From assembly GCA_963716855.1 (NCBI GenBank), contig CAVQUV010000006.1, forward strand, positions 39,342 through 103,341: 64,000 nucleotides of DNA, given 5' to 3'. The notes beneath the pieces are model-generated. The model saw nothing but the letters and a program-made list of their open reading frames with translations. It was not told where the DNA came from and did not search any database. Below are positions 53,955-63,857 of the stretch, in pieces; position 1 is the stretch's first letter; each line of letters starts with the position of its first letter. Both the position numbers and the translations under genes were made by a program. This DNA is from an uncultured beta proteobacterium (GTDB lineage Bacteria > Pseudomonadota > Gammaproteobacteria > Burkholderiales > SG8-39).

Positions 53955-55224
53955 ATGGCCACCCCGCGGTGGGACACGCTCTGGACCAACGCTCGCATCG
54001 CGACGATGCGGGCGGGACGCTACGCCGCCATCGCGCCCGGGGCGATTGCCGCGCGCGCCGGGGTGATCGATTGGGTCGGACCCAGCGCGGGCCTGCCCGC
54101 CGAGCCCCGCACGCTCGCGCGCGAAGTTCGCGACGTTGGCGGCCGGTGGATCACGCCGGGGCTGATGGACTGCCATACGCATCTCGTCTACGCCGGCAAC
54201 CGCGCACGCGAGTTCGAGCTGCGCCTGCAGGGCGCCACCTACGAAGCGCTCGCGCAGGCCGGCGGCGGGATCGTCTCCACCGTCGCGGCGACCCGTGCGG
54301 TCCGGGAAGAGGTGCTCGAGGCGCAGTCGATGCGTCGCCTGCGGGCGCTGCTCGACGAGGGCGTGACCACCATCGAGATCAAGTCCGGGTATGGCCTCCG
54401 GACCGACGCGGAGCTCAAGCAGCTGCGGGTCGCACGGCGCCTCGGCGCCGCCGTGCCGGTGACGGTGCGCACGACGTTCCTGGGCGCGCACACGGTGCCG
54501 TCCGAGTTCGCGGGACGTGCCGACGCGTACGTGGCGTATGTGTGCGACGAGATGCTGCCGGCGGTTGCGGACGCCGGCCTGGCCGACGCGGTCGACGCCT
54601 TCTGCGAGGGCATCGCCTTCTCGCCGGCGCAGACGGCACGCGTCTTCGAGCGTGCCGGCACGCTCGGCCTGCCGGTCAAGCTGCACGCGGATCAGCTCTC
54701 CGATCTCGGCGGTGCGGCACTGGCGGCCCGCTTCCGCGCACTGTCCGCCGATCACCTCGAGTACACGAGCGAGACGGGGGTGCGCGCACTGGCGGAGGCC
54801 GGCACGGTTGCCGTGTTGCTGCCGGGCGCGTTCTACTTCCTGCGTGAGTCCCGGGTGCCGCCGGTTCAGCTGCTTCAGGGACCACGGCGTCCCGATCGCG
54901 GTGGCGACCGATTGCAATCCGGGTTCCGCGCCGATGACCTCGCTCCTGCTCGCGCTCAACATGGCGTGCACGCTGTTCCGCCTCACGCCCGAAGAGGCGC
55001 TGGCCGGTGTCACTTGTCACGCCGCGAGCGCGCTCGGGATGGCGGGCACGCACGGTTCGCTCGAACCCGGAAAAGCGTGCGATCTGGCCGTGTGGGAGAT
55101 CGACGAGCCGGCCGAGCTCGCCTATTCGATCGGCGCCAACCCCTGCGTCGAGGTCGTCAGGACGGGCGTCCGGCGCGTCCTGCCCCAGAAGCCGACCGCG
55201 AGAATGAGTGCGCCGCCGGGGTAG
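53955..55224 (+). pseudogene. hutI: imidazolonepropionase, +1 frameshift at 54876-54880 (caggg); real or sequencing error
   Basis: Frame A gives ...[14 protein letters not shown]...[21 protein letters not shown]. Frame B continues [45 protein letters not shown]... 1270 nt minus 1 gives 423 codons. Confidence 0.9.
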
Positions 55225-55356
55225 ACCCCGACAATCCCCTACAGCGGGTGTTCCGGAAGGGGAGACGCCGGCACCGATCTGCCGCGAAGTTGAGTTAGCG
55301 CAAGCCGGCCGGCGGCGCCCGACGGTACGTTTTGCCGTCCCCACTCGGACCCGGCC

Positions 55357-57360
55357 ATGAGTCCTGTCGGCATTTCGCTCGCATTCGCCGTTGCCTTCGG
55401 CCTGTTCCTCTGGCTGGCCTGGCGCAAGCTCGCCATCGTGGCCGCGCTGCAGCCGGAGCTGCGCTGGGACGTGCCGTTCGAGCGTCTCAAGCGCGTCGTG
55501 ATCAACGGCTTTCTGCAGTCGCGCATGCTGCATGGCGACTTCAAACCGGGCCTGATGCACGCGGTCATCTTTGCCGGCTTCATGATCCTGCTGATACGCA
55601 AGGTGCAGCTGCTGGTGATCGGGTGGATCGAGCCGTTCGTGTATCCGGGCGCGTTCGGCGCCGGATTCGCGTGGCTGAAGGACCTGGTCGAACTCGCGGT
55701 GCTCGCAGCCGTCGCCTATGGCTTCTGGCGGCGCTTCTGGCATCCGGCGCGGCGGCTGGAGCCAAACCGCGAAGCGATCGTGATCCTTGGCCTGATCACC
55801 GCGATCGTGGTGACCGATTTCCTGTTCGACGGTTTTCGCTTCACGCTGCTGTCGGGGGCGCACCCGGGCATCGCGCACGAGCGCGCGTACGCGTTCGTCG
55901 GCAACACGCTCGCGAACGGTTTCGCCACCGTGTCCCCGACGGCGCTGAAGCTCGGGTACCACCTGTCGTATTGGGCGCAGATCCTGACGGTGTTCGCGTT
56001 CCTGGTCTGGCTGCCGCTCGGCGAGCACTTCCACATCGTCACGGCGCTGCCGGCGCTGTTCTTTGCGCGCCGGCCCGGCGGGCCGTTGAACGTCGTGCCG
56101 GCGGTCGACCTGGAACGGCTGATGAACGAAGGCGGCGATGAGGAAATCCGCGTCGGCATCCGGACCGCGAAGGACCTGTCGTGGAAGGACGGGTTCGATG
56201 CCTTCACCTGCACCGAGTGCGGCCGCTGCAAGGACGCCTGCCCGACCTTCCTGACCGGCAAACCGCTTTCGCAGAAATGGGTCCACGACAGCGTCAAGCA
56301 TCACCTGGTCGCGGAACGCGAACACATCCTGCACGCGCACGACGAGGCGCTGCCGCCCCTGAGCGGCGAGGTGATCAGTGATGACACGCTGTGGGCGTGC
56401 ACGACCTGCGGCTACTGCGAAGTCGCGTGCCCGATCGAGCTGGAGCACCTGGGCAAGTTCTTCAGGCTGCGCCAGCACCGCGTGATGATGGACGGCGAGT
56501 TTCCGGCGGAACTGAAAGGCGTGTTCGAGGCGTACGAGGCGACCAGCAACCCGTGGGGCCTGCCGCAGCATCAGCGCGCCGACTGGGCGAAGGGTCTCGA
56601 CGTGCCGGTGGTCACCTCGAGGGAGCAGGCCGCGGCGCTCGAGTACCTCTTCTATGTCGGTTCGGCGCAGTCGTACGACCCGCGCGGCCAGAAGATCGCG
56701 CGTGCGTTCGTGCAGATCCTGCGCGCGGCGGACGTGAAGTTCGGCATCCTGGGCGAGGCGGAAACCTCGACCGGCGAATGCGTGCGCCGCGCCGGCAACG
56801 AAATGCTGTTCCAGACGCTGGCGCCACGGCTGACCGAGACGCTGAACGGCCTGGGCGTCAAGCGCATCGTCACCTGCGATCCACACGCATTCAACACGTT
56901 GAAGAACGAATACGCGGCGTTTGGCGGCCGCTACGACGTGGTCCACCACACGCAACTGATCGCGGAGTTGCTCGCCCAGGATCGACTCAAGGTCGCGCCG
57001 CGGTTCGAGCGCGTGCTGTTGCACGATCCCTGTTATCTGGGCCGCCACAACGCCGAGTTCGATGCCCCACGAGCGGTGCTGGCGCGCGTGGCGCGCGATG
57101 CGCCGCTGGAGTTCGAGCTGCATCGCGAGCGCGCGATGTGCTGCGGTGCCGGCGGCGGCCGCATGTGGATGGAAGAACGCATCGGCAAGCGCATCAACGT
57201 TGCACGCGCCGAGCAGGCGCTGCCGCTGCAGCCGAAGACGATCGCGACCGCATGCCCCTATTGCGCGATCATGATGACCGACGGTCTGGGCGCGACCGGG
57301 AAGGCGGACAACATCGCGACACGCGATATCGCCGAACTCGTGGCCGAAGCGCTGGCTTGA
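55357..57360 (+). CDS. membrane-anchored (Fe-S)-binding oxidoreductase, HdrD/GlpC/DsrK-like (EtfD-type architecture)
   Basis: 667 aa. About 5 N-terminal TM segments with conserved His (HAVIF, HFHIV), two ferredoxin motifs (CTECGRCKDACP and CTTCGYCEVACP), and CCG-type Cys-rich domains (MCCGAGGG...ACPYC). Confidence 0.85.
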   Translation: MSPVGISLAFAVAFGLFLWLAWRKLAIVAALQPELRWDVPFERLKRVVINGFLQSRMLHGDFKPGLMHAVIFAGFMILLIRKVQLLVIGWIEPFVYPGAFGAGFAWLKDLVELAVLAAVAYGFWRRFWHPARRLEPNREAIVILGLITAIVVTDFLFDGFRFTLLSGAHPGIAHERAYAFVGNTLANGFATVSPTALKLGYHLSYWAQILTVFAFLVWLPLGEHFHIVTALPALFFARRPGGPLNVVPAVDLERLMNEGGDEEIRVGIRTAKDLSWKDGFDAFTCTECGRCKDACPTFLTGKPLSQKWVHDSVKHHLVAEREHILHAHDEALPPLSGEVISDDTLWACTTCGYCEVACPIELEHLGKFFRLRQHRVMMDGEFPAELKGVFEAYEATSNPWGLPQHQRADWAKGLDVPVVTSREQAAALEYLFYVGSAQSYDPRGQKIARAFVQILRAADVKFGILGEAETSTGECVRRAGNEMLFQTLAPRLTETLNGLGVKRIVTCDPHAFNTLKNEYAAFGGRYDVVHHTQLIAELLAQDRLKVAPRFERVLLHDPCYLGRHNAEFDAPRAVLARVARDAPLEFELHRERAMCCGAGGGRMWMEERIGKRINVARAEQALPLQPKTIATACPYCAIMMTDGLGATGKADNIATRDIAELVAEALA

Positions 57361-57437
57361 AGGCGAGGGTTCTCGAGTTCGGCCACACCGCGCTCGGGAT
57401 CGATCGCCTGGATCCGCGAGGTCTCCGAGTCGCTTGC

Positions 57438-58232
57438 CTAAACGCTGCGCGCGGCCTCCAGCATGCGTTCCAGCATGGCGCGAAGAAGCGGGCGCAGGCG
57501 GGCGGCGCGCGACTCGTCGAACGCAAAGGGCGGTGCCTCGTTCATGTAGGCGATCTCGGCGAGCTCGAGCTGGATCGCGTGCACGCGCGTGTTGGGCTGG
57601 CCGTACCGCCGCGTGATGTAGCCGCCCTTGAACCGACCATTGAGGACGGCCGTGTAACTCACGGCGCGCTGCGCGATGGCCGCGACGGCTTCAATGATCT
57701 CCGGCGCGCACGAGCGTCCTCCGGCCGTGCCGAGGTTGAGGTCCGGCAGTCGCCCGGCGAAGAAGCGGGGAACTACCGAGGCGATCGAGTGGGCGTCCCA
57801 CAGCAGCGCATAGCCGTGCGCCACGCGCAGGCGATCGAGCTCCCGTCCGAGCTGCGCGTGGTAGGGCCGCCAGTACCGCTCGACCCGCAGGGCGATCTCG
57901 GCGTCGTCTGGAAGGGCCCCGTCGCGGTAGACCGCGGCGCGCGCAAAGGTATCGACCGGAACGAGCCCGGTGGTGTCCTGGCCGGGGTACAGGCTGGCGT
58001 TGTCGGGCGGGCGGTTGAGATCGACGACGTAGCGCGAGTGGGTTGCGACCAGCACGGAGGCGCCGAGCGCGTCGAGAAAGTCGTAGAGCCGCTCGAGGTG
58101 CCAGTCGGTGTCGGGCAGGAGCCGGGCCGCTTTGGTCAGGCGCGGCGCCAGGTCCGGCGGGAGGTAGGTGCCGACGTGCGGCATCGAGACGAGCAGAGGC
58201 GTCTTGCCGGCCCGGAACGTGAAGACGTCCAT
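57438..58232 (-). CDS. hutG: N-formylglutamate deformylase (amidohydrolase)
   Basis: 264 aa. [25 protein letters not shown]...LLPDTDWHLERLYDF...SRYVVDLNRP. ATGA overlap with the hutH stop. Confidence 0.9.
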   Translation of the reverse strand: MDVFTFRAGKTPLLVSMPHVGTYLPPDLAPRLTKAARLLPDTDWHLERLYDFLDALGASVLVATHSRYVVDLNRPPDNASLYPGQDTTGLVPVDTFARAAVYRDGALPDDAEIALRVERYWRPYHAQLGRELDRLRVAHGYALLWDAHSIASVVPRFFAGRLPDLNLGTAGGRSCAPEIIEAVAAIAQRAVSYTAVLNGRFKGGYITRRYGQPNTRVHAIQLELAEIAYMNEAPPFAFDESRAARLRPLLRAMLERMLEAARSV

Positions 58233-59770
58233 CAGCGCGGCTGCGGGTGGGACGGCAGCAGGCCGGTCACGAAGCGGTGGAACACGCCCGCCTCGACGAG
58301 ACGCTGAATCGCGGCGATGTCGGGGGCGAAGTAGCGATCGTGATCGTAGAAGGCGACCTCCTCGCGCACGAGCGCGAGCGCCTCGGCGAGCCGCGGCGAG
58401 GTCGTGAGCGGCTTGCGAAACTCGATGCCCTGCGCGGCCGCGAGCAGCTCGATCGCCACGATCCCGGCGGCGTTGCCCGCCATGTCGCCGAGGCGGCGTG
58501 CCGCGAACGTGGCCATGCTGACATGGTCCTCCTGGTTCGCGGACGTCGGCAGGCTGTCGATGCTCGCCGGATGCGCGAGGCTCTTGTTCTCGCTCGCCAG
58601 GGCGGCCGCGGTCACCTGCGGCACCATGAACCCGGAGTTCACCCCGCCGTGCTCGACGAGGAAAGGCGGCAGCCCGGAAAGCGTGGCGTCGATCAGCAGC
58701 GCGATGCGTCGCTCGGCGAGCGACCCGACCTCGGCGATCGCCACGGCGAGCGCGTCGGCGGCGAGGGCGACGGGCTCGGCGTGGAAATTGCCGCCGGAGA
58801 GCACCTCTCCCGTCTCCGCGACGACGAGCGGATTGTCGGTCACGCTGTTCGCTTCGACCTCGAAGGCTTGTGCCGCAAAGCGCAGGCTGTCGAGGCAGGC
58901 GCCCATGACCTGCGGCTGACAGCGCAGGCTGTAAGGGTCCTGCACGCGCGGATCGTCGTCGAGGTGCGAGCGGCGGATCGGGCTCCCCTGCAACAGCTGC
59001 AGATAGGCGGCTGCCAGCTCGCGCTGACCGACGTGGCCGCGGAGCGCATGGATGCGCGGATCGAAGGGCGTGTCGCTGCCGGCGGCGGCATCGACCGACA
59101 TCGCGCCCGCGACAACAGCCGCTGCGAACACGTCCTCGACGGCGAAGAGCCCGGTCAGCGCCAGCGCGGCGGACACCTGCGTGCCGTTGAGAACCGCGAG
59201 CCCTTCCTTGGGGGCGAGTCGCAGCGGGGCGAGGCCCGCGCGGTGCAGTGCATCGACGGCCGGGACTCGCTCGCCGCCGATGCGGACGTCTCCGATCCCG
59301 AGCAGCGCCAGGGCCAGATGCGCGAGCGGCGCGAGGTCGCCCGAGGCGCCGACCGAGCCCTTGGAAGGAATGCACGGATATATGCCGTGGTTGTAGAGCG
59401 CGACGAGGAGGTCGACCAGCTCGGGACGAACGCCTGAAGCACCGCGCGCGAAGCTGGCGACCTTGAGCGCCAGGACCAGGCGGACCGTCGCGTCGTCGAG
59501 CAGGGGACCCGTGCCGGCGGCATGCGACAGCACGATGTTGGTCTGCAGCCGCTCCAGCTGGTCCGCCGGGATGCGCGTCTGCGACAGCCGTCCGAACCCG
59601 GTGTTGATGCCGTAGGCGGGCTTGCCGCTCGCGAGGATGCGTGCCACCGCAGCCGACGACGCGGCGATGGCCGGGCGGCACGCCGGTGCCAGGGCAATCG
59701 GAGCGCCGTCGCGCGCGATGGCGCGGAGCGCCTCGAGCGTCAGCGGGTTCGCGCCGATCTCGACCGCCAT
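58232..59770 (-). CDS. hutH: histidine ammonia-lyase
   Basis: 512 aa. ...YGINTGFG..., MIO-forming [15 protein letters not shown]. Confidence 0.95.
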   Translation of the reverse strand: MAVEIGANPLTLEALRAIARDGAPIALAPACRPAIAASSAAVARILASGKPAYGINTGFGRLSQTRIPADQLERLQTNIVLSHAAGTGPLLDDATVRLVLALKVASFARGASGVRPELVDLLVALYNHGIYPCIPSKGSVGASGDLAPLAHLALALLGIGDVRIGGERVPAVDALHRAGLAPLRLAPKEGLAVLNGTQVSAALALTGLFAVEDVFAAAVVAGAMSVDAAAGSDTPFDPRIHALRGHVGQRELAAAYLQLLQGSPIRRSHLDDDPRVQDPYSLRCQPQVMGACLDSLRFAAQAFEVEANSVTDNPLVVAETGEVLSGGNFHAEPVALAADALAVAIAEVGSLAERRIALLIDATLSGLPPFLVEHGGVNSGFMVPQVTAAALASENKSLAHPASIDSLPTSANQEDHVSMATFAARRLGDMAGNAAGIVAIELLAAAQGIEFRKPLTTSPRLAEALALVREEVAFYDHDRYFAPDIAAIQRLVEAGVFHRFVTGLLPSHPQPR

Positions 59771-59777
59771 CGCCCGC

Positions 59778-61448
59778 CTACCGGATCATCGGGAGATCGA
59801 GACCCTGCGCCTTGGCGCACGCGATCGCCGCGTCGTAGCCCGCGTCCGCATGCCGCATCACCCCGGTCGCCGGGTCGTTCCACAGCACGCGCTCCAGACG
59901 CCGCGCGGCCGCGTCGGTGCCGTCGCAGACGATCACCACCCCGGCGTGCTGCGAGTACCCCATCCCCACGCCGCCGCCGTGATGGAAGGAGACCCAGGTC
60001 GCACCGCTCGCAGTGTTGAGCAGCGCGTTGAGGAGCGGCCAGTCGGACACCGCGTCGGAGCCGTCGCGCATCGCCTCGGTCTCGCGGTTCGGGCTCGCGA
60101 CCGAGCCCGAGTCGAGGTGGTCGCGCCCGATCACGATCGGCGCCTTCAGCTCGCCGGTGCGCACCATCTCGTTGAAGGCGAGCCCCGCCTTGTGCCGCTC
60201 GCCGAGCCCGAGCCAGCAGATGCGCGCCGGCAGCCCCTGGAACTGGATCCGCGTGCGCGCGAGGTCGAGCCACTGCTGCAGCGGGCGGTCGTGTGGGAAA
60301 AGCTCGCGCACCTTTGCGTCGGTGCGGTAGATGTCCTCCGGGTCGCCGGAGAGCGCCACCCAGCGGAACGGCCCGCGCCCGACGCAGAACATCGGCCGGA
60401 TGTACGCGGGCACGAAGCCGGGGTAGGCGAAGGCATCGTCGACGCCGACGTTCTTCGCCTCCTGGCGGATGTTGTTGCCGTAGTCCACGCACGGAATCCC
60501 GAGCGCCTGGAAGCCGAGGATCGCGCGCACGTGGTGCCCGATCGACTCGCGCGCGGAAAGTGCGACCTCCTCGGGGTCGCGCTTCTGCAGCTCGAACCAC
60601 TTCTCGACCGACCAGCGTTCGGGGAGATAGCCGTGCGCCGGGTCGTGGGCGGAGGTCTGGTCGGTGACGAGCGCCGGTTTCGGCCCGCCCGCGCGCGCGC
60701 GCTTGAGGATCTCGGGCAGGATCTCCGCCGCGTTGCCGAGCAGGCCGACCGACACCGCACGCTTTTCCGCGCTCGCTTTCCGGATGATCGCAAGCGCCTG
60801 GTCGAGCGTGTCGGCGCGCTCGTCGAGGTAGCCGGTCTTGACGCGCATGTCGATGCGCGAGGCCTGGCACTCGATCGCGAGCATCGAGGCGCCGGCCATC
60901 GTCGCCGCAAGCGGCTGGGCGCCGCCCATGCCGCCGAGCCCGGCGGTGAGAATCCACTTGCCGGACCAGTCGCCCCCGCAATGCTGGCGGCCCGCTTCGG
61001 CGAAGGTCTCGTAGGTGCCCTGCACGATGCCCTGGCTGCCGATGTAGATCCAGGAGCCGGCGGTCATCTGGCCGTACATCATCAGGCCTTTGCGATCGAG
61101 CTCGTTGAAGTGCTCCCACGTCGCCCACTTGGGGACCAGGTTCGAGTTCGCAATCAGCACGCGCGGCGCGTCCGCGTGCGTGCGGAACACGCCAACGGGT
61201 TTGCCGGATTGGACGAGCAGGGTTTGATCGTCCTCCAGCCGGCGCAGGGTCTCGACGATGCGATCGAAGGCGGGCCAGTCGCGCGCGGCCTTCCCGATGC
61301 CGCCGTAGACGACGAGATCCTCGGGCCGCTCGGCGACTTCGGGATCGAGGTTGTTCTGGATCATCCGCAGCGGCGCTTCGGTGAGCCAGCTCTTCGCGCT
61401 CAGCGCGCTGCCGCGCGGAGCGCGGATCACTCGTTTGCTCGTCTCCAT
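59778..61448 (-). CDS. hutU: urocanate hydratase
   Basis: 556 aa from [14 protein letters not shown]... ...[15 protein letters not shown]...YGNNIRQ...[18 protein letters not shown]... Confidence 0.95.
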   Translation of the reverse strand: METSKRVIRAPRGSALSAKSWLTEAPLRMIQNNLDPEVAERPEDLVVYGGIGKAARDWPAFDRIVETLRRLEDDQTLLVQSGKPVGVFRTHADAPRVLIANSNLVPKWATWEHFNELDRKGLMMYGQMTAGSWIYIGSQGIVQGTYETFAEAGRQHCGGDWSGKWILTAGLGGMGGAQPLAATMAGASMLAIECQASRIDMRVKTGYLDERADTLDQALAIIRKASAEKRAVSVGLLGNAAEILPEILKRARAGGPKPALVTDQTSAHDPAHGYLPERWSVEKWFELQKRDPEEVALSARESIGHHVRAILGFQALGIPCVDYGNNIRQEAKNVGVDDAFAYPGFVPAYIRPMFCVGRGPFRWVALSGDPEDIYRTDAKVRELFPHDRPLQQWLDLARTRIQFQGLPARICWLGLGERHKAGLAFNEMVRTGELKAPIVIGRDHLDSGSVASPNRETEAMRDGSDAVSDWPLLNALLNTASGATWVSFHHGGGVGMGYSQHAGVVIVCDGTDAAARRLERVLWNDPATGVMRHADAGYDAAIACAKAQGLDLPMIR

Positions 61449-61466
61449 ACGCGGGTGAGGCCTAGT

Positions 61467-61540
61467 GAAGAGGGGATTTGCAAGGGGCACAGCCCCTTGT
61501 TCGGCAAAGGGGGATATACAAGGGGCTCCCCCCTTGTTCG
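61467..61540 (-). repeat. two head-to-tail ~37-nt units, each CGAACAAGGGG-loop-GCCCCTTG hairpin + (T/C)A(T/A)ATCCCC tail
   Basis: Minus-sense units: cgaacaaggggggagccccttgtatatccccctttgc (61540-61504) and cgaacaaggggctgtgccccttgcaaatcccctcttc (61503-61467). Stems on the plus strand: caaggggc/gccccttg (61481-61499) and acaagggg/ccccttgt (61518-61537). Confidence 0.65.
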
Positions 61541-61598
61541 TACGAAAGCTTTGGTTGCCTCGACCATGCCGGCTCAGGCTTCGAAGTGACCAGACGCG

Positions 61599-62726
61599 TC
61601 ATTGCCATACCTTGCGTGCGGTCTCGAGCATGACGTCGAGCTTGCGCCACTGCTCGTCTTCGGTCAGGAGGTTGCCCGCGATCCCGGAGGCGAAGCCGCA
61701 CTGCGGACTGAGCGCGAGCTGGTCGAGCGGGAGGAACCGGCTCGCCTGATCGATCCGGCGGGCGAGCTCGTCCACGGTCTCCACGCGCCCGGTCTTGGTG
61801 GTGATCAGGCCGAGCACGACGATCTTGCCCTTCGGGACGAAGCGCAGCGGCTCGAAACCGCCGGCCCGCTCGGTGTCGTACTCGAGGAGCAGGCGATCGA
61901 ACGCCAGATTGCCGAACAGGCGCTCCGCGATCGCATCATAGGTGCCTTCGCGGTGCCACATGCTCGCGCGGTTGCCGCGGCAGATGTGCACGCCGAGCGT
62001 CGTGCGCCCTTTGACTCCCGCGACGACCGCGTTGTCGGCCGCGATCGCGCGATCGAGATTACTGAGCGGATCCGCGCCGCTGGCGCGCATGCGCTCGAGG
62101 GTGGGCGGATCAACGTAGCCCGTGTAGCTGGGTTCGTCGAGCTGAATGTACTCGCACCCCGCGCCGGCCAGCTCCTCGACCATCCGCCGCTGTATGCGCA
62201 CCACGTCGGCGAGAAACGCGTCGGAGTCGGCATACACCGCGTGCGAGCGCTCGATGTCGCACATCTGCGCGACGCGATCGGGACCCATCAGCGTCACCTT
62301 CACCGGCTGCGTCGCCACGCCGCGCGCGAACCGATACTCCTCCATCGGAAAGCTGCGCAGGAGCCGCAAGCGCGCGGTCGCCGGCGCACGGAAGCTCACG
62401 ACCGCATCGTCGCCCTTGGTGAGCGGGCGCTCGTGCGCGCCGCGGTTCTCCGGATTCTGGAGGAAGTTGCGCCACGAGCCGGCCCAGAGGTCCCAGCCCT
62501 CCACCTCGGAAAAGCTGACCTGCCAGTTCAGGCGCCGGAACTCCCCGTCGGTGACGACCGGCAGGCCGTGGCGCTGCTGCTCGGCGATCACCGCGCGGAT
62601 GGCGGCATCCTGCGCGGCGCTTAGTTCGTCCGCATCCGCCTGACCCGCGGCGTGACGCAGGAACGTCTGCTTCAGGGCTTCGGGGCGGAGCAGACTGCCG
62701 ACGTGGTCGACTCGCGAGGGGCTCAT
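61599..62726 (-). CDS. cobalamin-independent methionine synthase II family protein (MetE C-terminal-domain-like)
   Basis: About 375 aa from MSPSRVDHVGSLLRPEALK... ...EYIQLDEPSY..., Zn-ligand contexts VHICRGN and SPQCGF. Confidence 0.8.
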   Translation of the reverse strand: MSPSRVDHVGSLLRPEALKQTFLRHAAGQADADELSAAQDAAIRAVIAEQQRHGLPVVTDGEFRRLNWQVSFSEVEGWDLWAGSWRNFLQNPENRGAHERPLTKGDDAVVSFRAPATARLRLLRSFPMEEYRFARGVATQPVKVTLMGPDRVAQMCDIERSHAVYADSDAFLADVVRIQRRMVEELAGAGCEYIQLDEPSYTGYVDPPTLERMRASGADPLSNLDRAIAADNAVVAGVKGRTTLGVHICRGNRASMWHREGTYDAIAERLFGNLAFDRLLLEYDTERAGGFEPLRFVPKGKIVVLGLITTKTGRVETVDELARRIDQASRFLPLDQLALSPQCGFASGIAGNLLTEDEQWRKLDVMLETARKVWQ

Positions 62727-62843
62727 GTCGGCAGACAGGCTAGGGGAGCGACCGTCCGGCGTCAACCGATCAGCCGGCGTTCGTTGCGTGAACGGGTGCG
62801 CCGCACATAGAATGGCCTCTCAACGGAGGAGGGGAGTCGATCC

Positions 62844-63785
62844 ATGAGGAAAGCGCTCGCAATCGTCGTCGCGTCGGTGCTCGCTTGCGCGGCGCCGTTC
62901 GCCGCCCACGCCCAGAAAGTCGTGCTCGGGATGAGCGGCTGGACCGGGTTCCAGCCGCTCAAGCTCGCGGAGCTCGCCGGGATCTTCAAGAAGAACGGCG
63001 TCGACATCGAGATCCGCTTCATTGCGCCGGTGCAACGCTCCGCCGCGCTCGCCGCGGGGGCGCTCAATGCCGCGGCCACCACGGTGGACCAGCAGATCGT
63101 CTGGACCTCGGCCGGCATTCCGACCGTCCAGGTGGCGCTGATCGACAAGTCGAACGGCGGGGACGGCATCGCCGTGCGCGGGAACATCGGCAGCATCAAG
63201 GAGCTCAAGGGCAAGTCGGTCGCCGTCGACGGTCCCGGGACGGTGCAGCACTTCATGCTGTCCTACATCCTGGAGAAGAACGGGCTCTCCATCCGCGACG
63301 TGATCCGCAATACCATGGGCGCGCAGCCCGCCGCGCAGTCGTTCGTCGCCGGGCAGAACGACGCGGCGGTGACCTACGAGCCGTATCTGTCCACCGTGCG
63401 CGCCAAGCCCGACTCCGGCAAGATCCTGGTGACGAGCAAGGAGTATCCGGTCGTCATCGACGTGCTGGTGTTCAGGACCGACTTCATCCAGCAGCATCCG
63501 AAGGTGGTGAAGGCGACGGTCGACAGCTTCTTCGAGGCCCTGGACATGATCCAGCGCGAGCCGGCGAAGGCGTACGAGCTGATGGGCAGCGTCGTCAAGC
63601 AGCCGGGCGACGCGTTCGCGAAGTCGGCGGCGTTCATCACCTGGCAGGACCGCGCCGCGAACAAGGCGTACTACGCGAAGGAGCATCAGGAGTTCGTGGA
63701 GTTCGCGATCCGCGTCCTCAAGTCGAACCGCGTGATCGAGAAGGAGCCGAGCGCGAAGGGGATGATCGACCTGCGCTTCCTGTAG
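62844..63785 (+). CDS. ABC transporter substrate-binding protein, NMT1/THI5-like (NitT/TauT family)
   Basis: 313 aa. Signal peptide MRKALAIVVASVLACAAPFAAHA, ...LGMSGWTGFQPLKLAE...DGIAVRG... Confidence 0.85.
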   Translation: MRKALAIVVASVLACAAPFAAHAQKVVLGMSGWTGFQPLKLAELAGIFKKNGVDIEIRFIAPVQRSAALAAGALNAAATTVDQQIVWTSAGIPTVQVALIDKSNGGDGIAVRGNIGSIKELKGKSVAVDGPGTVQHFMLSYILEKNGLSIRDVIRNTMGAQPAAQSFVAGQNDAAVTYEPYLSTVRAKPDSGKILVTSKEYPVVIDVLVFRTDFIQQHPKVVKATVDSFFEALDMIQREPAKAYELMGSVVKQPGDAFAKSAAFITWQDRAANKAYYAKEHQEFVEFAIRVLKSNRVIEKEPSAKGMIDLRFL

Positions 63786-63798
63786 GCGCGAAGCGCGC

Positions 63799-63844
63799 GC
63801 GCCCGGGACGGCCGCCGATCTGCGGCCCCGGGCGCTTTTCTTTT
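63799..63844 (+). terminator. strong GC hairpin + T-tract (terminator/attenuator) between the SBP and permease genes
   Basis: gcgcccggg (63799-63807) pairs with cccgggcgc (63827-63835), with additional inner pairing, followed by ttttctttt. Confidence 0.55.
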
Positions 63845-63857
63845 GCTCCGGAGTCCC

